Source of the DNA: Verrucomicrobiota bacterium
GTDB taxonomy: Bacteria > Verrucomicrobiota > Verrucomicrobiia > Limisphaerales > UBA9464
Direction of reading: 5' to 3'
DNA length: 60,218 bases
Assembly (NCBI GenBank): GCA_025363585.1
Contig: JANYDN010000371.1
Location: forward strand, 1-60,218
Shown here one piece after another: positions 52,169 to 60,218 of this stretch. The notes below the pieces were generated by a model that searched no databases, was not told the DNA's origin, and saw only the letters and a list, made by a program, of their open reading frames with translations. How positions within the stretch are numbered: the first letter of the stretch is position 1; each line of letters starts with the position of its first letter. The position numbers were made by a program, and so were the translations under genes.

Positions 52169-53599
52169 TTAGAAGGAAAAACCGACACCCAGCGACACCG
52201 TGTTCGAATGGTAGCTCCGCGAGGTGGAGGTGGAGTCACGCAACCGATACGAATAGGACAGGCTGGCCCTGATGTTCGGCGTGAATTGGTACCCCGTCCC
52301 GATGTGTGCGTCGTAGGAAGCCGCGGAGTCGTTGGTCGTGATGCTCGCGGGTACCAAGCTGATGGTACCGTCGGGGTTGAAGTAGATCTGGACCCCATTC
52401 AACTTTCCCGACTGCTTCATGTCGGCATACGAGACGCCGCCGCTCAGACCGATGGCCTTCATGAACTGCCACGAGATTTGGTACCCCACCGCGAAGGTCT
52501 CGGTGAAATTGCTTCCCAATCCGGACTGGACCCCGGAACTCACGCTGATCGAATGCGAAATGTTCCGCGTCAGGACTTGGCTGGCGGCAACGTTCCACGT
52601 CACGCCGCCGAAATTTCGTTGGTCCGCGACCGTGCCCGTCGACGACGAGTCGATGACTTGGTAACGCACCGACGCCGTGATCGAGATGTAGGCGTTTGGA
52701 GTGAAGGAAATCATCGGACCCGCACCGTAACTGGTGGAGTCGTTCTGGAATCGCTCGACATAGCTCGTGGCGGACCAACTGGCAGAAAGACCCACCGTCC
52801 AATAGGGCGACAGGCGCTCGTACACGCCTGCGTAGAGCGAGTGGATGTTCGAATCCAGGATCGAGAACTTGTCGCCCAACCCGCGTTCGATGGCGAACGA
52901 GTACCCGACCGAGACGCTCATGTCCTGGGTGGGTTGCCATGACGCGGTGAGTCCCGTCGAATTCGAAATCCGGTTCAGGCTCACGGCCGCCGCATTGCCG
53001 TTGCCGGCGATCTCCCCGCGACTGTTCGCGGCGGACGAAGACCGGTTATAGAAATCCAGCAGGACCGGCCCGACGAGCAATTTGTACGAGATATAGCTGT
53101 CGGGAACGATGTTGAACCGGGTGAACGCCCCGTAGTTCATGCTGTACCGGTACGAAACCCCGATGCTGAGATCTAGCGAGCTGTGTTCGTTGATCCCGTA
53201 GGACAAACGGACGCCGGCGGTGCTCGTCACCGTGAGATCGTCACGACTCACCACACCGGGTCCCGCCGCGGTCTGAAGCGCGTTGTCCGTGTACGATGTG
53301 TCCACCGCGGCATACAGGCCGTAGGTCAATCCCGCGGCACGGTGTTGGCCGCCACCGCCGCCGATCGGCCCCTGGAACGCTTGTCCCGGCATTCCCGAGA
53401 AAGCCCTGGCGGGATCGCCGGTCGCCGGCGCGCGGGGCGTCGCGGGCGCGTCGTCGATCTTTGGCGGCGCTATCAAAAAATCCGGGACGCGAAGATCGCC
53501 CGGGGTTTGTCCACGCGCGACCGGTGCGATCAGCCCGCCCAGAACGCAGGCGCCGACAACCCGGCCGATCCAACAACGGGGCTTTCGATCTTGATTCAT
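52169..53599 (-). CDS. Outer-membrane beta-barrel protein (EPS-associated type)
   Basis: Signal peptide, amphipathic Ser/Tyr/Gly-rich strands, YTDN motif, C-terminal SLGVGFSF. Confidence 0.8.
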   Translation of the reverse strand: MNQDRKPRCWIGRVVGACVLGGLIAPVARGQTPGDLRVPDFLIAPPKIDDAPATPRAPATGDPARAFSGMPGQAFQGPIGGGGGQHRAAGLTYGLYAAVDTSYTDNALQTAAGPGVVSRDDLTVTSTAGVRLSYGINEHSSLDLSIGVSYRYSMNYGAFTRFNIVPDSYISYKLLVGPVLLDFYNRSSSAANSRGEIAGNGNAAAVSLNRISNSTGLTASWQPTQDMSVSVGYSFAIERGLGDKFSILDSNIHSLYAGVYERLSPYWTVGLSASWSATSYVERFQNDSTSYGAGPMISFTPNAYISITASVRYQVIDSSSTGTVADQRNFGGVTWNVAASQVLTRNISHSISVSSGVQSGLGSNFTETFAVGYQISWQFMKAIGLSGGVSYADMKQSGKLNGVQIYFNPDGTISLVPASITTNDSAASYDAHIGTGYQFTPNIRASLSYSYRLRDSTSTSRSYHSNTVSLGVGFSF

Positions 53600-53718
53600 G
53601 TTTGCTTGCAGTCGCTTCCGATTTGGTTCGTGACTCCCGAGGACACCGTTGTTGGGCACGACAATCCGCTTGTTTAACAATTCCCGTTTCGTGCCCACAA
53701 GCTCTTTAGCCCGCTGAA

Positions 53719-55521
53719 TCACGGCGCGTCCTGCACGCGATAGAGGCGTATCTGTTCCGTAGGTCGCGGATCAACCGTTGAAACGGTCACCCCGCCCGCG
53801 ACGACTGCCCCACCGACCTTCACCCAGTTCCCCACACCCAGTGCTTCCCGACTCCAAAGCTGATACTTCCGACCCGCCGCACTTTCCCAAGTCACCGTCG
53901 TCCCCGACCCGGTCAATCGAACCGAGACAATTTGGTATCCATGAGACGCGGAATTTGTCGGATCAGAACCGCGCGAGGCTTCCCGACGATTCGTGAATCC
54001 ATCGCCGTCCGGATCCGCCTCCGGCGCGGCTTCCGGACGCGTAAAGGGGTGAAAGAAATGCCGCTGAAATCCATCGTCCAACCCGTCGAAATTGAAATCC
54101 ATGGAGGCAGCCCTGATATCGACGAAACCGCTGGCCCACGCGGTGAAACCGTTCGCCGTCACCTGCACGCTCCGCATCCCGGGACTCGCATCGGTCTTCA
54201 CCGTTACGGGGATTTGCACCAAAGTCAATTGACGCAGCGATGGGCGCACAACGTCGGTCGCGCCGAATTCCAGCCCGTCGCCCGTGATCTTCATGACGGT
54301 GTTCGCGGGCAAAACCGAAGGAATGTAGACACCGACCCAGACGTTGCTCTGCCCTTGAACCAAACCCACGGGTTGATCGGCGCTCTGTCGGTCACCTCGG
54401 CCCAGCCCAACCCGCATCTCGGTGATTCGAAAAGCCGGACTTCCGGCCGCCGGAGCCAAATTGCGTTCGACCACGGCACCCGCACCCAGGGAAAAATCCG
54501 CGTCGACCAACCCAACGAACGTCGTGGATCCGTTCGAGTAGACTCGCGCGTCCGAGACATCGAGGTCGAATCCCCGCACCAGAAACGCATCGTTGCCAGA
54601 GTTCGGGTCCAAGGGTTGCACTCGCAGCCGATACGTTCCCGGAGGCAATCCAGGCAATCGAAACGACCCGTCGGCCGCGGTCACCGTTCCCGATTCCACG
54701 ATCCCGCCGTTGCCCCGTTCCGCGAAGACCATCGCGCCCAGGACGCCGGCGCCCCCCACCTTCACGGTGCCTTTCACCGTGCCCGTGGCCGACAACGTCG
54801 CGGGCAATGCGTAGGTTGACCTGGCCCACGCCGTCTCGTCGCCCGATAGACCCGCGGCCGGCCCGATCCCACCGCCCTGGTACCACCAGAGGGTCGCGGC
54901 ACCCACCGGGGAGTGGTTCAAGCCCAGAAGATGTCCGATCTCGTGCAACGCGACGCTCTCCAAAAACGGACTGTTCGCGCTGCTGCCATCGATATCGGTC
55001 AGGTACATCAGGTCGCGATTGATCAGGATGTCGCTCTCGACAATCGCACCGGATGTCGCACTCCCCGGCTCGGCGTCCAGCGAAAGTACGGTGAGGGCAA
55101 TGGTTCCCGAGCCGAAAGAAATCTTTTCGTTCAGGCCGGCATCGCCATAGGTCCCCTTGGAAAGCCATGCGATGTCATTGTGTCCGTCCAACGCGCTCAC
55201 CGTGGTCGGCGCCGTGCGGGGCGCGGCTTCCTCGAACTGGATCTTCGTTCCGGGAATCGCCTGCCACTGCCCGAACGCCGCACGCACCGCGTTCCATTCG
55301 TTCGATTGGACGCCGCTCGTCGATACGGTCGTTCCCAAATGAAACCGGATCGCCCGCGTCGAAGGATTTTGGTCCGGCTGGAAGTCCGAAAGGTAGGTAT
55401 CGAAGTTCCATTTCAAGGGCGCCGACCCCGACTCGCTTCGGGAAACCGCGGCCTCCGTCACCGAAAGCCAGAACGCGAGCGCCCCGCCGAGACCCAATCC
55501 GATTTTACGGCGCGAAGTCAT
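53719..55521 (-). CDS. Matrixin (M10-like) metzincin with carboxypeptidase-regulatory-like, DxDxDG and C-terminal domains
   Basis: HEIGHLLGLNH; DGSFRLPGLPPGTY; DPDGDGFTN. Confidence 0.88.
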   Translation of the reverse strand: MTSRRKIGLGLGGALAFWLSVTEAAVSRSESGSAPLKWNFDTYLSDFQPDQNPSTRAIRFHLGTTVSTSGVQSNEWNAVRAAFGQWQAIPGTKIQFEEAAPRTAPTTVSALDGHNDIAWLSKGTYGDAGLNEKISFGSGTIALTVLSLDAEPGSATSGAIVESDILINRDLMYLTDIDGSSANSPFLESVALHEIGHLLGLNHSPVGAATLWWYQGGGIGPAAGLSGDETAWARSTYALPATLSATGTVKGTVKVGGAGVLGAMVFAERGNGGIVESGTVTAADGSFRLPGLPPGTYRLRVQPLDPNSGNDAFLVRGFDLDVSDARVYSNGSTTFVGLVDADFSLGAGAVVERNLAPAAGSPAFRITEMRVGLGRGDRQSADQPVGLVQGQSNVWVGVYIPSVLPANTVMKITGDGLEFGATDVVRPSLRQLTLVQIPVTVKTDASPGMRSVQVTANGFTAWASGFVDIRAASMDFNFDGLDDGFQRHFFHPFTRPEAAPEADPDGDGFTNRREASRGSDPTNSASHGYQIVSVRLTGSGTTVTWESAAGRKYQLWSREALGVGNWVKVGGAVVAGGVTVSTVDPRPTEQIRLYRVQDAP

Positions 55522-56051
55522 CGGACGCCTCCTTTCACGCGGGCTTCGAATGCCTCGAGCGTCAATGGCAATCGATTGGAAGGCCGCGCGACGGGGCCCG
55601 CGGGGTCTCCGCCAAAAAACACCCCGTGCACCCAGGGTGTGCCGGAACCGGGACGTTCGACTTGGAATCGGCCTTGCCCAAGTTCCAGCGTAAGCCATTC
55701 GCCCGCCTTGTTCCGAACGGCAAATACGACCACTTCCTCGCCGCGCCGATACACCGCGTCGCCCGTAACGACGACTTTCCGTGTTCCCAAAGTCCCGCCC
55801 GGCTGGGTCAACACGAGGCGGTTGGTCACGGCGCCTTTCCAAACGTCGCGCACGTCCAATTCGACGTGGGTTACCATTCCCTTGGTCCCTTCCCGCACCG
55901 TCTCGATGGCATCCACTTTCGCTACGACCACCATTTCGGCCCGTGCCGCCAAGTCTTCCGGCACAACCGGGCGCAGTTGCGCGGCGGACGCCGTCCAACC
56001 GCAGGCGACAGCGACCGCACCCAAAACCGAAAGCCATCCGTGTTCTCGCAT
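55518..56051 (-). CDS. Secreted hypothetical protein, possibly TIMP-like OB fold, coupled to the matrixin
   Basis: EDLAARAEMVVVAKV..VRDVWKG..QPGG..GEEVVVF..GQGRF; ATGA overlap with the protease gene. Confidence 0.75.
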   Translation of the reverse strand: MREHGWLSVLGAVAVACGWTASAAQLRPVVPEDLAARAEMVVVAKVDAIETVREGTKGMVTHVELDVRDVWKGAVTNRLVLTQPGGTLGTRKVVVTGDAVYRRGEEVVVFAVRNKAGEWLTLELGQGRFQVERPGSGTPWVHGVFFGGDPAGPVARPSNRLPLTLEAFEARVKGGVR

Positions 56052-56092
56052 CGAACAATTTTCCGCGGGACGTTTGTCGTCTTCGCCCAAAT

Positions 56093-57841
56093 TCATCCCT
56101 GATTCTCGCGCATCCGCGCGAACCAACCACCGGAATGCAACAGTTGTGCCGGCGCTCCGACCTCCACGAGACGCCCGGCGTTCAAGACCGCGATACGGTC
56201 GGCCGTTTCCATCGTGCGCAGACGGTGCGCCACCATGATGGTGGTCCGGCCCCGACGCAGTTCGAGAAGGGCCTGCAACACCGCGAGTTCGCTTTCCGCG
56301 TCCAACGCGCTGGTCGGCTCGTCCAGCAGGAGGATCGGCGCGTCCTTCAAAAACGCCCGGGCCAATCCGATCCGCTGTCGTTCGCCCGTGCTCAACCGCA
56401 CCGCGCCGTCACCCACCACGGTATCGTAACCCGCGTGCAAACGCTCGATGAACGAATGCGCCTGCGCGCGCCGGGCGGCTTCCTCCAACTCCTCCCGCGT
56501 CGCCGACTCCCGGCCGAGACGCAGGTTGTCCGCGATCGTTCCCGCCAGCAGGGGCGATTCCTGCGGCATCACCGCCACGCCCCGGCGCAATGCCTTCGGA
56601 TCCACCGTCCGCAGGTCCACGCCATCGATCCTCACCGTGCCGGAATCGGGATCGAGAAACCGCGGGATCATTTGCAGCAAGGTGGTCTTCCCGGCGCCGC
56701 TCGGCCCCACCAACGCCAGGCATTCGCCGGGCCGGATTTCCAGATCGATCCCGGTCAACGCCGGATGCCCGGGCCCGTACCGAAACTCCACCGACTCGAA
56801 TCGAATCGTCCGCCCAGCCTTCGTCGCGGGCAAGGCGACCGGACGCGGGACGACCGGGAGTTCGTCGGGAGATTCCAGCAGTTCCAACACGCGCGCGGCG
56901 CCGGCCCGCGCCTGGCTGACGGTTCCCCCCACGTTCGAAAGTTGGTTCAGGGGATCGTAGAACTGCGCGAGATACGCCAGAAACACGAGGAATTCCCCGA
57001 CCGAGATCCGCCCGCTCCGCACCGCGTCCGCTCCGAACCACACGATGCCCGCCGTGCCCAACGCGAAAATGGCGCCGACGGCCGCGAGGTAAGCCAACTC
57101 GTGGCGATGCTGTCGGCGACGCGTCTTGTATGCCGCATCCGAATCTCGGGCGAACCGACCGGCCTCGGCCGATTCGCCGGTGAAACTCTGCAGCACCGGA
57201 AGAAACGCCACCGCCTGCTGCAATCGCGACGCCAGCCTTCCGTCCGCACTCTGCGCCTCGGCGGCCCGCGACGACATCCCGCGCCCGAACCAACGCATCG
57301 TCACGAGCAACGGCGGGACGGTCGCCAATGCGACGCCCGTCAGCATCGGGTCCAACCGCCACATCACCACGGCCATCGCCACCAACGACCCGGTCGCGGT
57401 GAGAAAGGCGAACGCGCCCTGCTGGAACAACGTCTGGAACGCGAACGTGTCCCACGTGGCGCGATACAGGATCTCGCCCGCCTCGCTGATCCAGAGCCGG
57501 CGCATCGACAATCCCAGGATCCAGTCGAACACCGCGGCGCGTATGCGTCGCAGGCCCCGGAGACCGGTGTCGATGAGCACCAGGTTCAGGAGCGCGTTGA
57601 TCGCGGCGTGCGCGACGGAGATGCCGGCCAGCAACGCGACAAGCGCCACGAATTGGCCGGGACCCTCGAACAGGCGGAACCGCGGCGTCGCGGCGTCACC
57701 GCGAAGGCGGTCCACGACGAGTGCGACCGGCCACGGCTTGAGCAGGCCAAGGACGGTCGAAAACGCCGCGAACGCGAGCGCCACCACCAACCGTGGCCAA
57801 TCGGCCCGGTACCACCGAAAGACCGCGCGCAACAGCTTCAC
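56093..57841 (-). CDS. ABC exporter, fused permease/ATPase
   Basis: GPSGAGKT, LSTGERQR, LLLDEPTSALD and AHRL motifs; N-terminal TM domain. Confidence 0.93.
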   Translation of the reverse strand: MKLLRAVFRWYRADWPRLVVALAFAAFSTVLGLLKPWPVALVVDRLRGDAATPRFRLFEGPGQFVALVALLAGISVAHAAINALLNLVLIDTGLRGLRRIRAAVFDWILGLSMRRLWISEAGEILYRATWDTFAFQTLFQQGAFAFLTATGSLVAMAVVMWRLDPMLTGVALATVPPLLVTMRWFGRGMSSRAAEAQSADGRLASRLQQAVAFLPVLQSFTGESAEAGRFARDSDAAYKTRRRQHRHELAYLAAVGAIFALGTAGIVWFGADAVRSGRISVGEFLVFLAYLAQFYDPLNQLSNVGGTVSQARAGAARVLELLESPDELPVVPRPVALPATKAGRTIRFESVEFRYGPGHPALTGIDLEIRPGECLALVGPSGAGKTTLLQMIPRFLDPDSGTVRIDGVDLRTVDPKALRRGVAVMPQESPLLAGTIADNLRLGRESATREELEEAARRAQAHSFIERLHAGYDTVVGDGAVRLSTGERQRIGLARAFLKDAPILLLDEPTSALDAESELAVLQALLELRRGRTTIMVAHRLRTMETADRIAVLNAGRLVEVGAPAQLLHSGGWFARMRENQG

Positions 57842-57853
57842 GCGGCCGTCCGG

Positions 57854-59326
57854 CTAGGCGTTGTAGGTGCTCGAACTCACCCGGCCGCCCGCGCCGGTCC
57901 AATTCGTGTGGAAGAACTGGCCCCGCTCCTTGTCCACGCGCTCGTAGGTGTGCGCGCCGAAGTAGTCGCGTTGCGCCTGGAGCAGGTTCGCCGGCAATCG
58001 CGCGGTCCGGTAACCGTCGAAAAACGACAGCGCCGTCGAAAACGCGGGCACCGGAATGCCCTTCTTCACCGCGAGCGACACCACGTTGCGCCAGCCCTTC
58101 TGGCTCTTCTTGATCTCGCCGCGGAAGTAGTCGTCGAGCATCAGGTTGTTGAGCTTCGGATTCTTGTCGAAGGCTTCCTTGATCTTGCCCAGGAACCGCG
58201 AGCGGATGATGCAGCCGCCGCGCCACATCAACGCAATGCCGCCGTAGTTGAGGGCCCAGTTGTTCTCCTTCGCCGCCGCGCGCATCAGCATGTAGCCCTG
58301 CGCGTAGCTGACGATCTTCGACGCGTACAACGCGCTCTTGATGTCCTCGATCAATGCCGCCTTCGCCGCCTCTTTCTTCGCCTGTGCGAACGCCGGCCGC
58401 GGGCCCTTCAACTTCCGCGAAGCCTTCACGCGCTCGTCCTTCATCGCGCTCACGCACCGCGCGAACACCGCCTCGGCGATCAGCGTCACCGGTTGCGCCA
58501 GGTTCGCCGAGTCGATCACCGTCCACTTGCCCGTGCCCTTCTGGCCGGCGGTGTCCAGGATCTTGTCGACCAACGGCGTCCCGTCCTCGTCCTTGAATCC
58601 AAGGATGTTTCCCGTGATCTCGATCAGGAAGCTGTCGAGGTCCCCCGTGTTCCACGTCTTGAAGACCGACGCGATCTCGTCCGCGCCCATCCCGAGGCCG
58701 TCGCGCATCAGGTTGTAGGCCTCGCAGATCAACTGCATGTCGCCGTACTCGATGCCGTTGTGGACCATCTTCACGTAATGGCCCGAGCCGCCGTTGCCGA
58801 CCCAATCGCAACACGGGGTGTCGCCATCGACCTTCGCGGCGATCGACTGGAAGATCGGTTTGACGTGTTCCCATGCGGCCGTCGATCCGCCGGGCATGAT
58901 GCTCGGGCCGAACCGCGCGCCTTCCTCGCCGCCGGAAACACCCGTGCCCACGTACAACAGTCCCTTTGCCTCGAGTTCCTTCACGCGGCGATCGGTGTCG
59001 CCATAGAGCGAATTGCCGCCGTCGATGATGATGTCCCCGGGTTCGAGGTGCGGGAGAAGCTGGGCGATGAATTCGTCGACCGCCGCGCCGGCCTTGACCA
59101 TCAGCATGACGCGCCGGGGTCGCTTGAGTTTCGACACGACCTCCTCGATCGAATGGGCGCCGAGGATCCGGGTTCCCTTCGCCTCGTTCGCGAGGAAATC
59201 GTCGACCTTCGAGGTCGTCCGGTTGTACGCCACGACGGTGAAGCCGTGGTCGTTCATGTTGAGGATCAGGTTCTGTCCCATCACGGCCAGTCCGATCAGG
59301 GCGATGTCGCCAGAGGGAGTACTCAT
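57854..59326 (-). CDS. gnd: 6-phosphogluconate dehydrogenase, decarboxylating
   Basis: GLAVMG, VKMVHNGIEY and QAQRDYFGAHTY motifs. Confidence 0.97.
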   Translation of the reverse strand: MSTPSGDIALIGLAVMGQNLILNMNDHGFTVVAYNRTTSKVDDFLANEAKGTRILGAHSIEEVVSKLKRPRRVMLMVKAGAAVDEFIAQLLPHLEPGDIIIDGGNSLYGDTDRRVKELEAKGLLYVGTGVSGGEEGARFGPSIMPGGSTAAWEHVKPIFQSIAAKVDGDTPCCDWVGNGGSGHYVKMVHNGIEYGDMQLICEAYNLMRDGLGMGADEIASVFKTWNTGDLDSFLIEITGNILGFKDEDGTPLVDKILDTAGQKGTGKWTVIDSANLAQPVTLIAEAVFARCVSAMKDERVKASRKLKGPRPAFAQAKKEAAKAALIEDIKSALYASKIVSYAQGYMLMRAAAKENNWALNYGGIALMWRGGCIIRSRFLGKIKEAFDKNPKLNNLMLDDYFRGEIKKSQKGWRNVVSLAVKKGIPVPAFSTALSFFDGYRTARLPANLLQAQRDYFGAHTYERVDKERGQFFHTNWTGAGGRVSSSTYNA

Positions 59327-59420
59327 CACGTAAACAAAATCGGGGGTTACCCTAGGCGGAGACCCCATTTAGGCGAGCGTAATTCCGTGACGCGGACGTT
59401 CCCTGTAGCGTAGGCGCCCC

Positions 59421-59699
59421 GCCTGTAGGCCGCGTGCCCCCACGCGGCGTTCCTCGCGGATTTCCTAACCACGCCCTGCAGTTCGTTTCGGCGCCGGGTC
59501 GGGGGACCCGGCCTACAGACTCGCGATGCCGCTTTCGGGCGGGGCGGCGGTGGCGAAGAAAGCGGTGTCGCGTCGCTCCGCTCCTTCCCACCGCACTCCC
59601 AAGGCGCTTCGCGCGGGGCCTTGCCACGGTCCACCGTCTCACGACGTCGGCCACGCCCCGTCCGGCCGGCTTCAAACTTGAAACTGAAAACTTGAAACT
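59421..59699. repeat. Stack of REP-like repeats plus a 7-nt tract
   Basis: GTAG REP pair 59421-59451 / about 59491-59516; AAAGCGGTGTCGCG..CCACCGCACTCCCAA; ttcaaacttgaaactgaaaacttgaaact at 59671-59699. Confidence 0.8.
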
Positions 59700-60031
59700 C
59701 AGTTGACGGCCAACAACTCCACATCGAACACCAGCGTGGAATTCGGCGGGATCGCGCCCGGATAACCGGCGCGTCCGTACGCCAACTCGGGCGGGATGGT
59801 CAGCTTGACCTTGTCGCCGACCTTCATCGTCGAAACGCCGATGTCCCATCCCGCGATCACCTGCCCGGCGCCGAGGGTGAACTGGAACGGTTCGTCGCGA
59901 TCCACCGAGCTGTCGAACTTCCCGCCGGTCGTGAACCACCCGGTGTAGTGGACGGTGACGGTTTTTCCCTTGGCGGCAGGAGCCCCGGTTCCCTCGACGA
60001 GCTTCTCGATCTTCAAGTCGGTATTGGACAT
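59699..60031 (-). CDS. FKBP-type peptidyl-prolyl isomerase
   Basis: VHYTG, FDSS, VIAGWD and IPPNSTLVFDVEL motifs. Confidence 0.96.
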   Translation of the reverse strand: MSNTDLKIEKLVEGTGAPAAKGKTVTVHYTGWFTTGGKFDSSVDRDEPFQFTLGAGQVIAGWDIGVSTMKVGDKVKLTIPPELAYGRAGYPGAIPPNSTLVFDVELLAVN

Positions 60032-60134
60032 CCGCGAGTGTTTGCCGCGCGCGAAGGGCGCGTCAACCCGCGCGACCCACCGCGGCTTCCCTTCGAGTCG
60101 TGGCCGCCGCGGTGACGCGGTGGATCAAGAAGCC

Positions 60135-60218
60135 GTAGCGCGGGCGTCCCCGCCTGCGCGAAGCCTCGGGAAGCAAACGCAGGCGAGACGCCTGCGAATA
60201 CCGCAGGCGGGGACGCCC
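60135..60218. repeat. GTAG-type REP cluster (cut by the window edge)
   Basis: GTAGCGCGGGCGTCCCCGCCTGCG ... CGCAGGCGAGACGCCTGCG ... CGCAGGCGGGGACGCCC. Confidence 0.8.

Overview
GC-rich bacterial chromosome segment. Gene content (PVC-type CxxCH dehydrogenase, H-X9-DG prepilins, extended ECF, PQQ-like propellers) suggests Verrucomicrobiota (inference). It is mostly housekeeping and envelope genes: kup with a c-di-AMP riboswitch, ubiD, thiD, rimO, uppP, pgi, glnK-amtB-GSIII, rnpB, ygfZ, a beta-barrel/wza/wzc module with a matrixin, gnd and an FKBP. The most striking accessory feature is at 12815-14652: a small integron-like array with two attC sites, a TA cassette and a ferredoxin-like cassette. 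It lies divergent from the remnant of a tyrosine recombinase that looks like the IS91-associated type rather than IntI, and the whole island sits inside a nest of 9-nt-period palindromic repeats. Most longer intergenic gaps hold REP/MITE-like repeats of several families, including oriented 7-nt tandem tracts right after stop codons. No tRNA, rRNA or CRISPR array was seen. Starts were re-picked by eye and all family calls come from motif recognition, not database searches.
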